A stretch of 63,960 nt of DNA, filler included, from Psammoneis japonica (Eukaryota), in the NCBI GenBank assembly GCA_008632985.1. It is 7 parts of 7 records of this genome, joined end to end, with 100 filler letters (N's around TTAATTAATTAA, not from the genome) between each part and the next. Parts side by side here need not be neighbours in the genome. Positions count along the whole stretch, not along the records: positions 22,741 to 49,866 come from QPGO01000017.1; 6 more parts are not named here. The stretch is one strand, 5' to 3'. Below are positions 23,448 to 35,800 of this stretch, piece after piece (within the stretch, counting starts at the first letter, position 1; every line of letters begins with the position of its first letter). The position numbers and the translations under genes were made by a program. The notes under the pieces were generated by a model, which saw nothing but the letters and a program-made list of their open reading frames with translations, had not been told where the DNA came from and searched no databases.

Positions 23448-26443
23448 ATGTTTCGTCGGATAAAGAAGAACGTGCGCCAGATTCGGTCTAATCGCTCGTC
23501 TGCCAAGCAAGAAACTTCGGAACAATACGTCGAATCCTCCTCTGGAATCGATGCGTCGTCTTCATCCCATCGTGCAGCTCCGTCGTCGCATAGCAGAGAA
23601 GACGTGTCTATGCTGACGGACTATCTAGTCAAAGTGGAGGAGTTGGCGCCATTTGATTCTTGTGTAGAAACCTCAGATGCTCTGGCAGCTTCTTCGCCAT
23701 ACACAACCTCCTCCGCCACCTACGATCCTGAAACCGGTCTCACAGATTGCTCCGTGTTGGTATCGCCCGATGGGGAGCTGCTGCTTTTGCCGAATGAACA
23801 AGACAGCAGTCACGGAAAGAATAAGAGTGCCAGCGAAGAAGAAGTAGAAGCTGAACGAAAAATCCCGGCTCAGAATACAGTCGAACTCATGTCTCTTGGT
23901 GGCGAGTTTGAGTCGGCGATATATGTGGGAAATGACCTGAGACCCGGAGGAGATAAGGCAATGAATGGATTTTCCGCAATGGGATGGTCTCCATCAGCCT
24001 CATCGTTAGCAGTTCGACAGAGTGAACACGCCCTCAAAAATATGGCCTCCTTTGTGGAAGACATTATGTTGATTCGGAAAGAAAGCGCTGCGCGTGCTAG
24101 TCAAGCCTGTGATAAACTACGGACACGGGGAACGTCCTTGCTGGCCGACGCGAATGGCGAATCGGGAGACTACGAACTGCTATCAGATGGTGATGGTGCA
24201 TTCTCGTGGAGAAGCAATGCAAGCAATGCCAGTGGCTTGGAGCATGTTCCTAATCGTGTCGGACCTTTGTTCTTTTCAGGAGGAACCATGAATGCAGCTA
24301 CGCAAGCTTTGGAGCAATACCACACCTTAATGGCTGAAAATGACGCGGATCGATGGAGAAGAGCGTCTCTCTCGTCCTTTGCTGAATGCAGTGGTACAAA
24401 TCCAACAGTTGGCGTATTACCTGCATTGCGGCAGGCTGCAAAGCAAGCTGCGGATCGTGCTGAGAAACGAGAAAAGGCATTGCGAGAGATGCAAAGGCGA
24501 GCCGATGCTATTGACAAAAGGTTGGCGCAAAGTAAGGAGGAATCAAATCGACGTTGGGAGGCTGTCGCCGATGCTGAGGAAATGGTGACCCGTATCGTGG
24601 AAGAGCGAATGCTGGAACGATCTAGGGAAAGAGAACGACTAAGAATGGAGCAGCTTAGGGAAACATTCACTGAAGATGAAGATAATCCACAGTTGGGGGC
24701 GACACCAAACGAAATTTGGGACTTAGTATCGGCGGTTGCAGAATCCATGGACGGAGGCTCTTTTGAACCGACCGGCTTGCCACAAGCTTCTATTTCAGAA
24801 CCAAAGGACGCGAGCGGTATTGATACACCAGCCGTTGATCCGGTGAGCAACACTCCAGGTAGTGTTGCTCCTTTTCCACTTGCTTCCCGAAGTGAAATTG
24901 AAGAAGAATGCCAGCTCCCGGCTCTACGTGCTGCAGCAATGTCAGCCGACGATGCCATTGAAGACTCAGCCGGATCGCTCCTTAATGTCCTTTCCACCCT
25001 TGACACAACTCGTCGATCAGCTCGTATTGCTGCCGAGACGTGCTTGTTGAGCGCTGCCAACGCGCAGGCTAAGGCCATTCGAGCACTAATTGCACTGGAG
25101 CGTGCTTCAATTGAAGATAGATTGCGCAACATTGATGAATTGGAACGTATCGCCGAGAATATTGACGTCCGCGCTGATCTAGATAAATACATCTCTGCAG
25201 ACAAGAAGGAACGAGGAGGGTCCACGTGGCTTGGTGATGACGATGATGGCGGCGTAGCTTCGGCTTTAGCTGTCTTGAGTAGCCACGTTGAAGGCAGCAT
25301 GGGCTACACTTCGTCGTCGAAAGTATCCACGGAAGGATGGAACCAAGGGGATTACGATGAAGAATTCAGTGCGGAGGCCATGGAAGATGCTGTTGATCAT
25401 TTGTTTGACGTCAGATCATTGGAGGGCGAGAACAACGATACACCCGACAGCGCGGGGGAGGCTTACGAAAAATCTGTGTCGCTGCTGTGCAAAGTCGCGT
25501 CTGACTCAGATTCGAGTCAATCTCGGCCCCTGAGGTCAACCATTTGCTATGCTATCAATCAAAAGAGAAGTTCCCATGCCGAACTTCAAAGTCTAGTCCA
25601 ATTTGATGCTCTTTGTCGCGTCTTTGACGCAATTCTAACCGGTTGCGATCGAGAAGCCAGTGGTGTTTCTAATGCGAAAATGTGCATGATGCTATCTCAG
25701 ACGTTTTATATGGCGAATGACGGTGACGCAGAAAATGAAGGAGTGAAGAGGAATAACAGGATTTTTGTCAAGAGTCGGCTCATGAATCATGCTGTGTGGT
25801 CTGATGAAGAATTCTGGTATGGTGCTTACGTGGGCTGTCTTATATCCGTTTCGCTTAATACCTGTAGTTTCTTATTACTTTTGACGCTTCTTACCGATAC
25901 AGGGATCAAGCGTTGTTTCAATGTGTGTCGGAATCGTTGACACACAGCGGGGTAATGACGAACTTTGAACGGGCTTCCAGAAAAGCTGAGAAGAGTGAGT
26001 GGACCGAAAATAGGAAGCTCAAGTGGCATGACCTGACGCAGAAGGAACGTGCAGAAGCTGCGGTACAGGTTCATGCAGTAGTTTTTGCTCAACTCGGCGC
26101 CCTCGCTCATTCCATGATTGAATTTGGGTGCGGAATTGAACGGAGCTGTGCGTTTGTACGCCGAATGTCAATCCGAAATCAACTACCGATTTCACAGCGT
26201 GCAATGCTACTTCGCCACCTGCTTGAGAGTGAAGACGGACTTCCCGTGGCAGAAGCAGGAGGCGCGGTTGTCACAAAAGAGAAGCTAGAAGATAATGAAG
26301 CCGACGATTCGGAGGGAAAATTAAAGGCGGAGGGTCTTACTTCTGACGACGTGAACATTCAAACGAAGGTAGAGGATTCAAGACTGGGCGATATCGAGAA
26401 CGAAGGAGAAGATGAAGACACGAAAAATCAGGAAGAAGACTAG
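23448..26443 (+). CDS. Large coiled-coil protein with C-terminal SBF2-like domain; intron 25817-25902
   Basis: 830-aa ORF spliced as HAVWSDEEFW|DQALFQ. MMLSQTFY and VVFAQLGALAHSMIEFG resemble the SBF2 domain. Confidence 0.75.
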
Positions 26444-26574
26444 AGTAGCTTTCGGATGCCGTACGTCGCCCTCTTCAGTTCGATTTTCTCTGTTTTCTAA
26501 CGCGTTGCAGGTAAAAGTATAGAGCACGTGATTTTCAGCAAAAGTATCATGCATTCAAGGAGCACTGTGCACGT

Positions 26575-27788
26575 CTACTCAAGACGAGCTAAAATAGATT
26601 CCATATAAACAGAAGGGTCAACGTAGTGGTGAGTCCTTGGCCCGCATCGCTTCCCTCTCTCGTCACAACCGTAATTATGCTCTGTGAAGGTCCCAGGTGT
26701 AGCCCATGCGACTTTCTTCTCGATTCCAAGTATGTTCTTTCCCATTTCAACCAGAGCAAACCCCATTATACCCCAGTACTCTCCCCACGAGTTTCGGATT
26801 ATCCAATGCTTCAACCCTGATTCTGGGTCCATCCCCCAACCAACAAGTGACACGATATGAGTTGTTTCTTTGCTTGCTGTTTCGTCGCGAAAAACACCAC
26901 CTCTATAGCTATGTATCGGCGCCCCAGCAATCTCGGCGGCAACCGGTCCTCGCGCATAAATTTCTTGCATAATGCCAGTGACATTCATCTCGATTGTTCC
27001 ATACTCTGCAACTGTCGCATTCGGAAAGAAATCGATCTTTTCCAACAAAGACTCAAGGGTAAGAAAGTAAATGTTTTCATCGGTACAAGAACCAAATCGA
27101 GGAAGGAATTAACTCACTTCTTTACATTCTTCAGAGTATCCTCCAGCTAATGCAGTGCAGGAGCGACAGATGTTTAAAGGAATGCATGATGTGTCAACGT
27201 AGCTACAAAACCCCTCAGACGAATCCGAGGAACACGCCATGTAGGGCATGCAAGTGTCGTATGGAACGAATCCTCGCTTCTTGATGAATTCATAGACGCC
27301 CGTGTGACTTCCGCCATGACATGATCCAGCTACAGATCCACCACAATTCAAGACGTATTGAATGGAGAGATTGATCTCCTCGGCAGCGTCATCTTTCCTC
27401 GCAATCTTGATCCGATCCGCAAGAGCACTCAACGCACCATGCGCCCAACAACTACCACAATACTATTAACAGAAACAGTCACGGGTAACAACATACGAGT
27501 GAGTCATGAGAAAAAGTCTTCACGTACTGCAACTTGGTTTCCTGTACAATTGGAAATGTCACCTGAGGTAAGTGTTGGTTTAAGCTGCGCGTTAGATATG
27601 AGGTTTCATTTACATTGCCCCACGTGAACGAGTCGGGCAATTCTTCCGGATCAATATATTCATTTGGCAACGGTAGCGTGTAATCGTTCTGAACCGTATG
27701 ACCCAGAGGATGCTGCAGCAGCAAAGGCAACCAGCAGCAAAACAGGGGTAAAACAGGCCATCAGTAGAAGGATACCTTTGCGATTTTT

Positions 27789-27821
<33 letters not shown>

Positions 27822-27918
27822 AGCTTGATCGACTTACTTTTATTTCAGAGTATCCGCCAATCGTCAGTGCAAGGCTATGTAGGACGGGAACCAGCCTCTT
27901 CAGGGCACGATATCCCAT
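26575..27918 (-). CDS. Cathepsin Z/X-like papain cysteine protease, paralogue 1 (4 exons; start codon tentative)
   Basis: NQHLPQ|YCGSCWAH, GSCHGG, EIYARGPV, HIVSLVGWG, WIIRNSWGEYWG. Confidence 0.9.
27797..27820. repeat. (AC)12 microsatellite in cathepsin intron 1
   Basis: Direct reading. Confidence 0.95.
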
Positions 27919-28091
27919 ACCGTACACTGCAGCGAGGAGAATTGGAAGAATGCATGCCTGGTTCTCCGCCGCTTTACGCTCATTCGTACCTCATCGTGCT
28001 GCAAGGACCTTGGCAAGGACTCTCCACTTACCGGTACTGAAAAGAAACAATAAGATCTCCGTCTACATATAAATATAAAATGAAAATATTA

Positions 28092-30077
28092 CTACGAAAT
28101 ACCTAACAATTGTCATAATTAAAAGTAGCAAATTTTCTTTTACAATTTTTTGAGTCAACCTCAACAAAAGTTCAACTAAAGTGGCGCGGTTTCGGCATCA
28201 CGTAGAACCTACGGACTTCTCAGTACACTCGATTCTGACGACTGGCAGACCAAGAAAAACACCAGAATTTATCCGCAGTCAAGGTTGACGATGGCGTTGC
28301 TCGTCTTGTCTATACTCTTGATAAACAATGTCACAGCTCCCAACAAACATTTCTATTGTCAATACAGGCACGAGAGGCATCCCCAATCATACCGGGGATG
28401 AATCTGCAGCGTCTACTCAACCGCCACCGGAGCAGACGTCGGTTGAGCTGCAGGGTCGTGTTGAGTCGTCGTGTTGAAGACGACATCGGCTTCACCGCAC
28501 TGAAAGGAAGCAGTGTGTTGAAGATAGAAAACAAACGCAAGCTATTGGTAGCATTTATGGAGAGGCCTGTAAAGGCTAACTTCCAAGGACCGACAGAGGA
28601 GCATGCTGTCGCCGAGATCCACAATCTCAAAATATCGGGTGCGACGACGGCGGCGCGCAAACGCAGCTGGAACGCAGACTGGACGGATGTGTTCTTGTGC
28701 TATTTGTTGCTGCCCATACGATGCAAGCTACGCAATGCACGAGGCAAGTCTATTGAAGGTAGTATTGTTTGCATGTTCTTTTTGTTGTGGCTCTACTGAT
28801 ACTGTGATTTCTATTTTTCTGTATCCAGAGAACCAAAATCATGAAGGATGCCTACCTTGAAAAGCATCTAAATGATTTTGAGACTCAGGCTACTAGGGCT
28901 GCACCACAGAGGCAGCTTGAAATACTACAAGGTATCATTGGAGACAACATTAGGAATGGCATGATGGACGCCAGTCAAGGTAGCGACGAGAGCAGGAGCT
29001 ATTATGATATCGCCGCGGAAGGACTTGAGACTTGGCATTGCAGGATTTGCTACTATATCCAATAGAGCAATAGGCTGTATGGTAGACTTGACTGAAAAAT
29101 AGTATCTATTTGTTGGCACCTCTCACGATACCGGTAGTAGCACAAGCTATCAATACTAGTCGATGTTGGATTGACATTCTATCGAGTAGTAAAAAGTATT
29201 GTAGAGTTGGCCTCTATCTATTTTTTCTTATTCTATCACACTAGTTCCAAATGTAGCCACAGTTGTGGAAGGTATTAGCAATACCGTGCAACTCTTGGGC
29301 GGCAACCGTGTAGATTATTTGTTGCTCCAGATCGTGGAGGCTGTTGATGGGAAAAAAGCCGGTCCGTGAGGATCTGGCAAATGGCATACTCCACAGGACC
29401 ATCCTTGGGCTAGTGGGGTGGTCTCTGGGCTATTTGAAAGTGATATCCTGGAGTATTGCGACCCTCCACTGTTTGGGTTACGAGTGGAGTGAGATGCGAG
29501 TTGAGATTGTCCCACATCACAATTCGGTGGGTCGTCCAAACCGGCAATTGGGTTCGCCTCGATTGAAGACAGCACCTGGTTGACAAAATCAGCAAATGCA
29601 AATTGGTCTGTACCTCCTACTCGCCTCAATAAATCGTATTGATACAGTGATGTCGTCACCATTGAAGAATTGCTGCAGTCCAGCTTCGCGGAACCAAACT
29701 GGATGCCCTAGGCATGCACCACGTAAGATGGGTCGGGAAGCCGCGCACGTGTCATTCCGAGCTCTCTGTGTGCCCTAATGGTAATACGGGCAGAAGCCCT
29801 TTGATCCGCAGGGTCATTCTGCATTGTATATTGTGTAGTCTACAGCATTGCTGCTTCCATTTCCTCGTCGCAATGAGACGATCATTGCTCGTTTTGGTTT
29901 GATGGAATCAGTTTTGATGATTCTTGCCGCCATCACATGACGTCAGAGTACTAGCCGCACGTACATGTGTACGAGAGCGAAGCTCGCAAATTTTGTTGAA
30001 CTTTTGTTGAGGTTGACTGAAAAATTGTAAAAGAAATTTGCAACTTTTAATTATGACAATTGTTAGGTATTTCGTAG
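28092..30077. mobile_element. ~2-kb non-autonomous TIR DNA transposon with ~85-bp terminal inverted repeats and TA flanks (Tc1/mariner-like TSD; a CACTA-like TACTA end is an alternative reading)
   Basis: TA|ctacgaaatacctaacaattgtcataattaaaag...gttcaac (28092-28176) matches the reverse complement of 29995-30077|TA. No transposase recognised inside. Confidence 0.8.
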
Positions 30078-30323
30078 TATGTTGTCAAAACATAATACTG
30101 TACCCTACAGTATGGTACTGTACGCTACTGTCTAATACCTCTGTAAGTGTTCGTAGGTTCGGTATTAAAAATACGACCTCCATCCCTTAAAGTCTTATAA
30201 CCATTCAACGCCTGCACGGAATGCGCGGAACGCGTGAGAGCCCAGCAATTTCACTCCCAACTGGGAGGTCAGAGACGATGAACACCGGATCACATTCGAA
30301 CATTGTAAAGCTGTCGAGAATTG

Positions 30324-31798
30324 ATGAATAGGATGTTTATTTTCGCGACGAGTGTGCTCTTTGCTTCTCTGCAGATCGCCGCAGGGAGCGAGTTCGTGGT
30401 AAGTGCGCTTCAGAACTCCTAACGCACAAACACTCTCAGCTTCTCATTCTTTCGCTTCAACCCGCACTTACTTAGCTCCTCGAAGGCCACAAGGTTCAGA
30501 ACGACTACAAGTCTCCCTTACCCTACTCATACCTTCGAAAGGAGGATCTTCCTGAGAACTTCAGTTGGCAGGACGTGAATGGAATTTCATATGTGACACA
30601 CAGTTTGAACCAACATATCCCGCAGGTAAGTTTTCTGAGTTAGGAGTCCGTCGAGCGAAATAACAAGCGGAAGAACTTCTCACCTGCGACTGTTTCTGTT
30701 AATAGTATTGTGGTAGTTGTTGGGCGCACGGTGCTTTGAGTGCTCTTGCGGATCGCATCAAGATTGCGAGGAAAGATGACGCAGCCGAGGAGATCAATCT
30801 CTCCATTCAATACATCTTGAATTGTGGCGGAGCTGTAGCTGGATCGTGTCATGGCGGAAGTCACACGGGCGTCTATGAATTCATCAAGAAGCGAGGGTTT
30901 GTTCCATACGACACGTGCATGCCCTACATGGCATGTTCCTCGGTAGGAGACGCTCTTGTGTGTGGCTGTAGTCTACAATGGAAGCATCTAACTTGTTCGT
31001 TTTTCGACGTCAAACTCCTTGTTCAAGGATTCGGATGAAGGGTTTTGTGAACATGTTGATACCACGTGCTCCGCTGCGAATACTTGCCGCACTTGCGATA
31101 CGTTCGCCGGAATGGGTGGAAAATGTTCAGAGGTGAGAATCATATTGTCAAACTCCTTGCATTCATTGCCACCGACTGATATGTTGAATGGTGTAACTCC
31201 GGGGCGTCGTGCTGTTCATTTAAATTCCAGATCGACGTCTTTCCGAACGCTACCATTCAAGAGTATGGTACCTACAATATTTTTTCTTCCGATCGAGTCC
31301 ACAAAATCATGGCTGAGATCTTTGCACGTGGCCCAGTAGCTGCTGGAGTAAATGCCGATCCTCTCGTTGCATACCGTGGTGGGGTTGTGAAGGACACGTC
31401 CGTTTGGAGAATGCTCGTCAACCATGTAGTCTCGATTGTAGGATGGGGAACGGAGGAAGAAACCGGTGACATGTATTGGATAGTCCGAAACAGCTGGGGT
31501 CAATTCTGGGGTGGTGAGTACTGATGTTGCACACTCTTGACTAGCTTTTGCCGTTTGTTCCTTACCGTCCTTTTTCTGATTCTTGTGGGGAGAAATGGGC
31601 TATTTTCGCATTCTTGCTGGGAAGAACTCACTTGGTATCGAGTCAGAAGTGGCCTGGGCGACCCCGGGAGAATTCACAGTCGACAACTTCCCTTGTGACG
31701 AGGATGGTGGAAACTGCAACGGAAACGGGGCTCAGAAGTACATTGATCCGTCCACCAACGTAGAAATCATTCAAGCACGTCTCCGTGGTGCGTTTTGA
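30324..31798 (+). CDS. Cathepsin Z/X-like papain cysteine protease, paralogue 2 (6 exons)
   Basis: Signal peptide MNRMFIFATSVLFASLQIAAG, NQHIPQ|YCGSCWAH, EIFARGPV, HVVSIVGWG, WIVRNSWG; GT-AG introns. Confidence 0.92.
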
Positions 31799-31837
31799 GT
31801 TGGATAGAGAAGTTTGCAGTAGCAATCCTTTCGCACC

Positions 31838-32881
31838 TCACAGCTCTGGCTTAACAGTAGAATTTTGTTCAACCAACTTCATGATGATATCGCAATCGCA
31901 GTGCTGTGTCATCAGCTTGCTCACAACGCCTTGAAACTTGTCTGGACTGAGCCATAGATGTGAGAAGGGCGGAGGAGACCAAACTGCAAATGACTCGTCT
32001 GTTATGTTTACTGAAATGGCTGAAGCATGCAAATAAGTTCGAGTAGTTGGCAACAGGGCAGTGCCATCTTTGTAAATGGGGTCACCCAACAACGGCATCC
32101 CTAGACTCTTTGCGGCCACACGAAGTTGATGGGTCTTTCCAGTGTATGGTCGAAACAAAAGACACGTCTTGATTACGAGGTCGTGACTATTTTCCTGCGA
32201 ATCTTCCAAATGACCAAGCCCTGCCGTGCAAAAGCGAGTGCTAGCAAACATGTCCTTCCTGGTGTTTCCGGTGTTTTCTTTTGATGGGCTTGACAGGTAC
32301 CATGATTTTCGTCGTCCTCTCGTCATGTGCCCGCGTACCCAACCCTGCTTCTTCCTGGCCTTTCTTGAAGACAAGCCAAAATAGTACTTGGTCACGAGTC
32401 CCTCTCGAAAGGCTTTTGTCAGCTCAGACGCCATTTCTGCATCCTTGGCGAGGATGAGAATCCCTGACGTAACTCGGTCGAGTCTATGAACACCGTAGAG
32501 ACGACCCGAATATCGAATGACACCTAGTGACTGCAGATAACGTAAGTGGCTCAAAATCCCCGGCTCTTTGTCGTTGTCTTGGTGGGGGACACCTGGAGGC
32601 TTTTCTACCACGAGAACTCGTTCGGATTCGTGGAGAATGGGAACGGAAAAGGGTTCGAATTTTGCGTCTCCTGGATCCATGTGCAATGTCGTCATTCGTA
32701 TGGACCCGAACTTAAACAGCGTTTCCGAGCCTCGACAGCTATCTGGAAAAGTGACGAAGTCAGTACCTGTCGATATGTGCGGAAACGAATGAACTGGTTG
32801 GAGCGAGAATATCCAGCAGATTAGAGTGATCAACGTTGCTATCGCATGAATCCTCGGGTAACCAAATGGTCGTAAACACAT
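31838..32881 (-). CDS. RluA-family RNA pseudouridine synthase, probably plastid-targeted
   Basis: VVEKPPG, VHRLDRVTSG, TGKTHQLRV, LGDPIY, YLHA; signal peptide ending VHS-F. Confidence 0.9.
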   Translation of the reverse strand: MCLRPFGYPRIHAIATLITLICWIFSLQPVHSFPHISTGTDFVTFPDSCRGSETLFKFGSIRMTTLHMDPGDAKFEPFSVPILHESERVLVVEKPPGVPHQDNDKEPGILSHLRYLQSLGVIRYSGRLYGVHRLDRVTSGILILAKDAEMASELTKAFREGLVTKYYFGLSSRKARKKQGWVRGHMTRGRRKSWYLSSPSKENTGNTRKDMFASTRFCTAGLGHLEDSQENSHDLVIKTCLLFRPYTGKTHQLRVAAKSLGMPLLGDPIYKDGTALLPTTRTYLHASAISVNITDESFAVWSPPPFSHLWLSPDKFQGVVSKLMTQHCDCDIIMKLVEQNSTVKPEL

Positions 32882-35800
32882 CCTCCTCACTCTCTGTCTG
32901 TGACAAAGATGTCCTCGCTCATTCGTAGCTTTCTTGACGCGAGTTGAGGTTCGTTCGTGTGCATACAGTACGGTACGGCTGAGCATGGATCGGAAGTCGG
33001 AAAATCGAAAATCATTGCTGTCGCCCAACGCCCAACGCCTGACGCGCCCACGCAGTCTCCATCGTGAATCATCTAAAGTCTGGGAGGAACGTATAGTTGG
33101 ACAGACTGCCGATCGTCGTGGCGTGAAGAATTCTGTGTTCGCATCATCTTGAATCTTACGCGGTCACCAGCCAGACACACTCAAAAATCGTACGGTAAAG
33201 CTTCACACACACTAACACAAAGCCGGTGTTGGTGTCTGCCGCGCGCATTGCCACTCGCATCGTTGTTGTTGCTCTGCTGCTGTCGCCAACGTGCGATTCA
33301 AAATCGCATCAACACAAATGAACTGTGTCATCTGCAAACAGTGGCCATTGGTTTGGTGGGGGCTGTGTGGCAGTGTCAGCAGACAACAAGAGAAAGCGAC
33401 ACTCCTTGCTCACAGAATGACAGAATGAGTGGTGTGGCACCAGGCGGTGCTGACTGCTGTTGATGGCGTCACTGGAGGCATTGGTGACTGTGCATCACTT
33501 GGTCCAGCTGGTGGCTCATTGTCTAAAAGTCACTTGGAGTGTCAGTTGGAATTGCAGATGGAATGTTTTTTGAAGTCGCAGTTTCAGATGATGTCGTCGA
33601 AGCCTCGGATCACAGCCTCTTTGGGCTCTGTGACATCGATGGAGAATCAGATGATGGACTCGGTGCCACAGATGCCTTGTTGATGGTGTCAAGGATGGTG
33701 CACCACTTGGTGCTGTGCTTGGGGCCCTTGACAGACTTGGCGATGGTGCGCTGAAGGTTTCATGGAAGGCACGTCGCTCAGTTCAGTTGATTGGACTTGC
33801 GGCTCTTGCGCAAGTGCGAACATGCGTGAAGGCAGTGGTTGGCACTCACTCCTCTTTTGTGCACACTTTGTTGGGATGCAGAGTCAAGCACATGGCAGAA
33901 TGTGTGGTGTGCATCAACAATGGGATGCAGTGCATCAACAGCGACAATTTCAAGGCATTCGCAGAACTGAGGGGTGAAGGCACGACAATTTGATTTGTCA
34001 GGATTTTCTGCTGTAAGAGAAATGCGCAGCGCTGTGTGCCTCATTGCCAAAAATTGGCAATGTGATGGTGGTGAGTTGTTGCATTGATGGCGATGACAGC
34101 GACGTGTCCCAGCATCTTTTGTCATTGTGGACATTCAGTTCATTGAGTTGAAGAACGTGTGCAGTCATGAAAGTCCCCGTGAGCAACCTCCGTTCAAAAG
34201 CAAAATGCCACGCCAATGAGGAGCTCTGTTTTTTCATCATTGTTTGATGCACTTGATTGTTGAACGATTGTGAGTTTGTCTGGGGGACTTTCTTTGCACA
34301 CACATGTTCCCAACAGCGCAATTGATTGGTGTGTTAAGTGCCTGTTGTGAAGTCATCCTCTGTCAGCATCTGAAAATTGTCATCATCATTGTGGGCTTCA
34401 AATGGCAATTTTGTCATCCAAATCGCAATCAATTGCACAGCTGTCATCTGTCCAACATTGCACTTCTGTGCGCAACTTCTGCGCACACCTCAACAGCATG
34501 GAAAGCGCATTTTGGCTTCTTCTTGGGGCCTGTCACAGTTGGGTTGAGAAATGGCCTGGGGATTTTAGTCAATTGCATGCATGAATGCAATGAAACCAGT
34601 GATGGAAAAACCACTTTTACGATGATGATGACGATGACGACACCCAACATAAAAATGCCACGTTCAACCTCTCTTCTCACATTGCAACAAACAAACAGAC
34701 TAATGTGTGTGATCCCTTGCATGAATCGTGAGTCCACCTTTTTTGGCGGACATCTGACAGACCATCGTGACAGCGCTAACTGACTCTTCAGACCACAGAA
34801 GCCAAAAAGCACCAAAATCAACTGCAACAATGACGATGCCCTGGCTTGCACTGCTGACCTCACCATGTTGTTTTGTCGTGATTTGTGCACTGTCGAGGAA
34901 GTGTGTGAGTTCCTTGATGTCTCTGTGGTGGCCTCACATGTCATCGCGGAGCTGCTTGAGGGGGAAAGATGCTCCACCACCTCTGGATGTGACTGCCCTG
35001 CCATGTGCCGCAACAAGAGGACCTTGCTCCGGCCACTTTTTTGTTGCATGTCCACACTGCCACCAGCTCTTCCCTCAAGTTTCTGTCTCCCAACAGCAAG
35101 AATGACACAAGAATGACAGTGATGGCTGTTGCAAGCCATCCACATTTCAATCGCCCACGTCGATTCTCAAAAAGCATCCCAAAACATCCACACTGCCCGC
35201 TGCTGCTTCTGCAGCACAACTGCTTGTAGAATGCCCCATCGAAACAAAGGTTCCATCCAAGACTCTGGTCCAAGCATTGCATGAGGATGTTGTTCAAGGT
35301 GAGATGTTGACAATCACCAAAATCAACAGAATGGTTGGAACAGTGGTTTGTTGTTGTTGGTTCAAGTGTTGCTTCCCGCGGTGGCTCAATCTCATGCACA
35401 GGCACTCCAGCAGCTTCAGCCAAGCTGCAAGGGAATTCCACCAAAATGAAGGCAAAATGAATGCTGTTGAGGCATGTCAGATTGCCGCTTGTCAAGCCAT
35501 GGTGGCTGGCATTCATCAAGTGCAAGAGATGCGTGCCGAGCATGATGAGAGACCATCATGTTGAAAGAGCTTGAACAGCAGAAGCAATTGGAAAAACAAG
35601 AAACAGCCAAGCATTGCATGGAGACAAAAAGGAGAAACCAAAGCAACAGCATCCACTCAAAGCCAAGCAGCCACACATGAGCCAAACCGTGCCACCAAGC
35701 AGGAGGAATTGAATCTCATGGAGGAGGAACTGGTGGCATTGGAAAAGGAAGAACGTGTGGAAGGAGGAGCAGAAGCAATTGAAAGTGCACAAGCAACAAG

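Noticed and set aside
24170..25300. 376-aa antisense ORF
   Set aside because: Shadow of the long plus-strand coding sequence.
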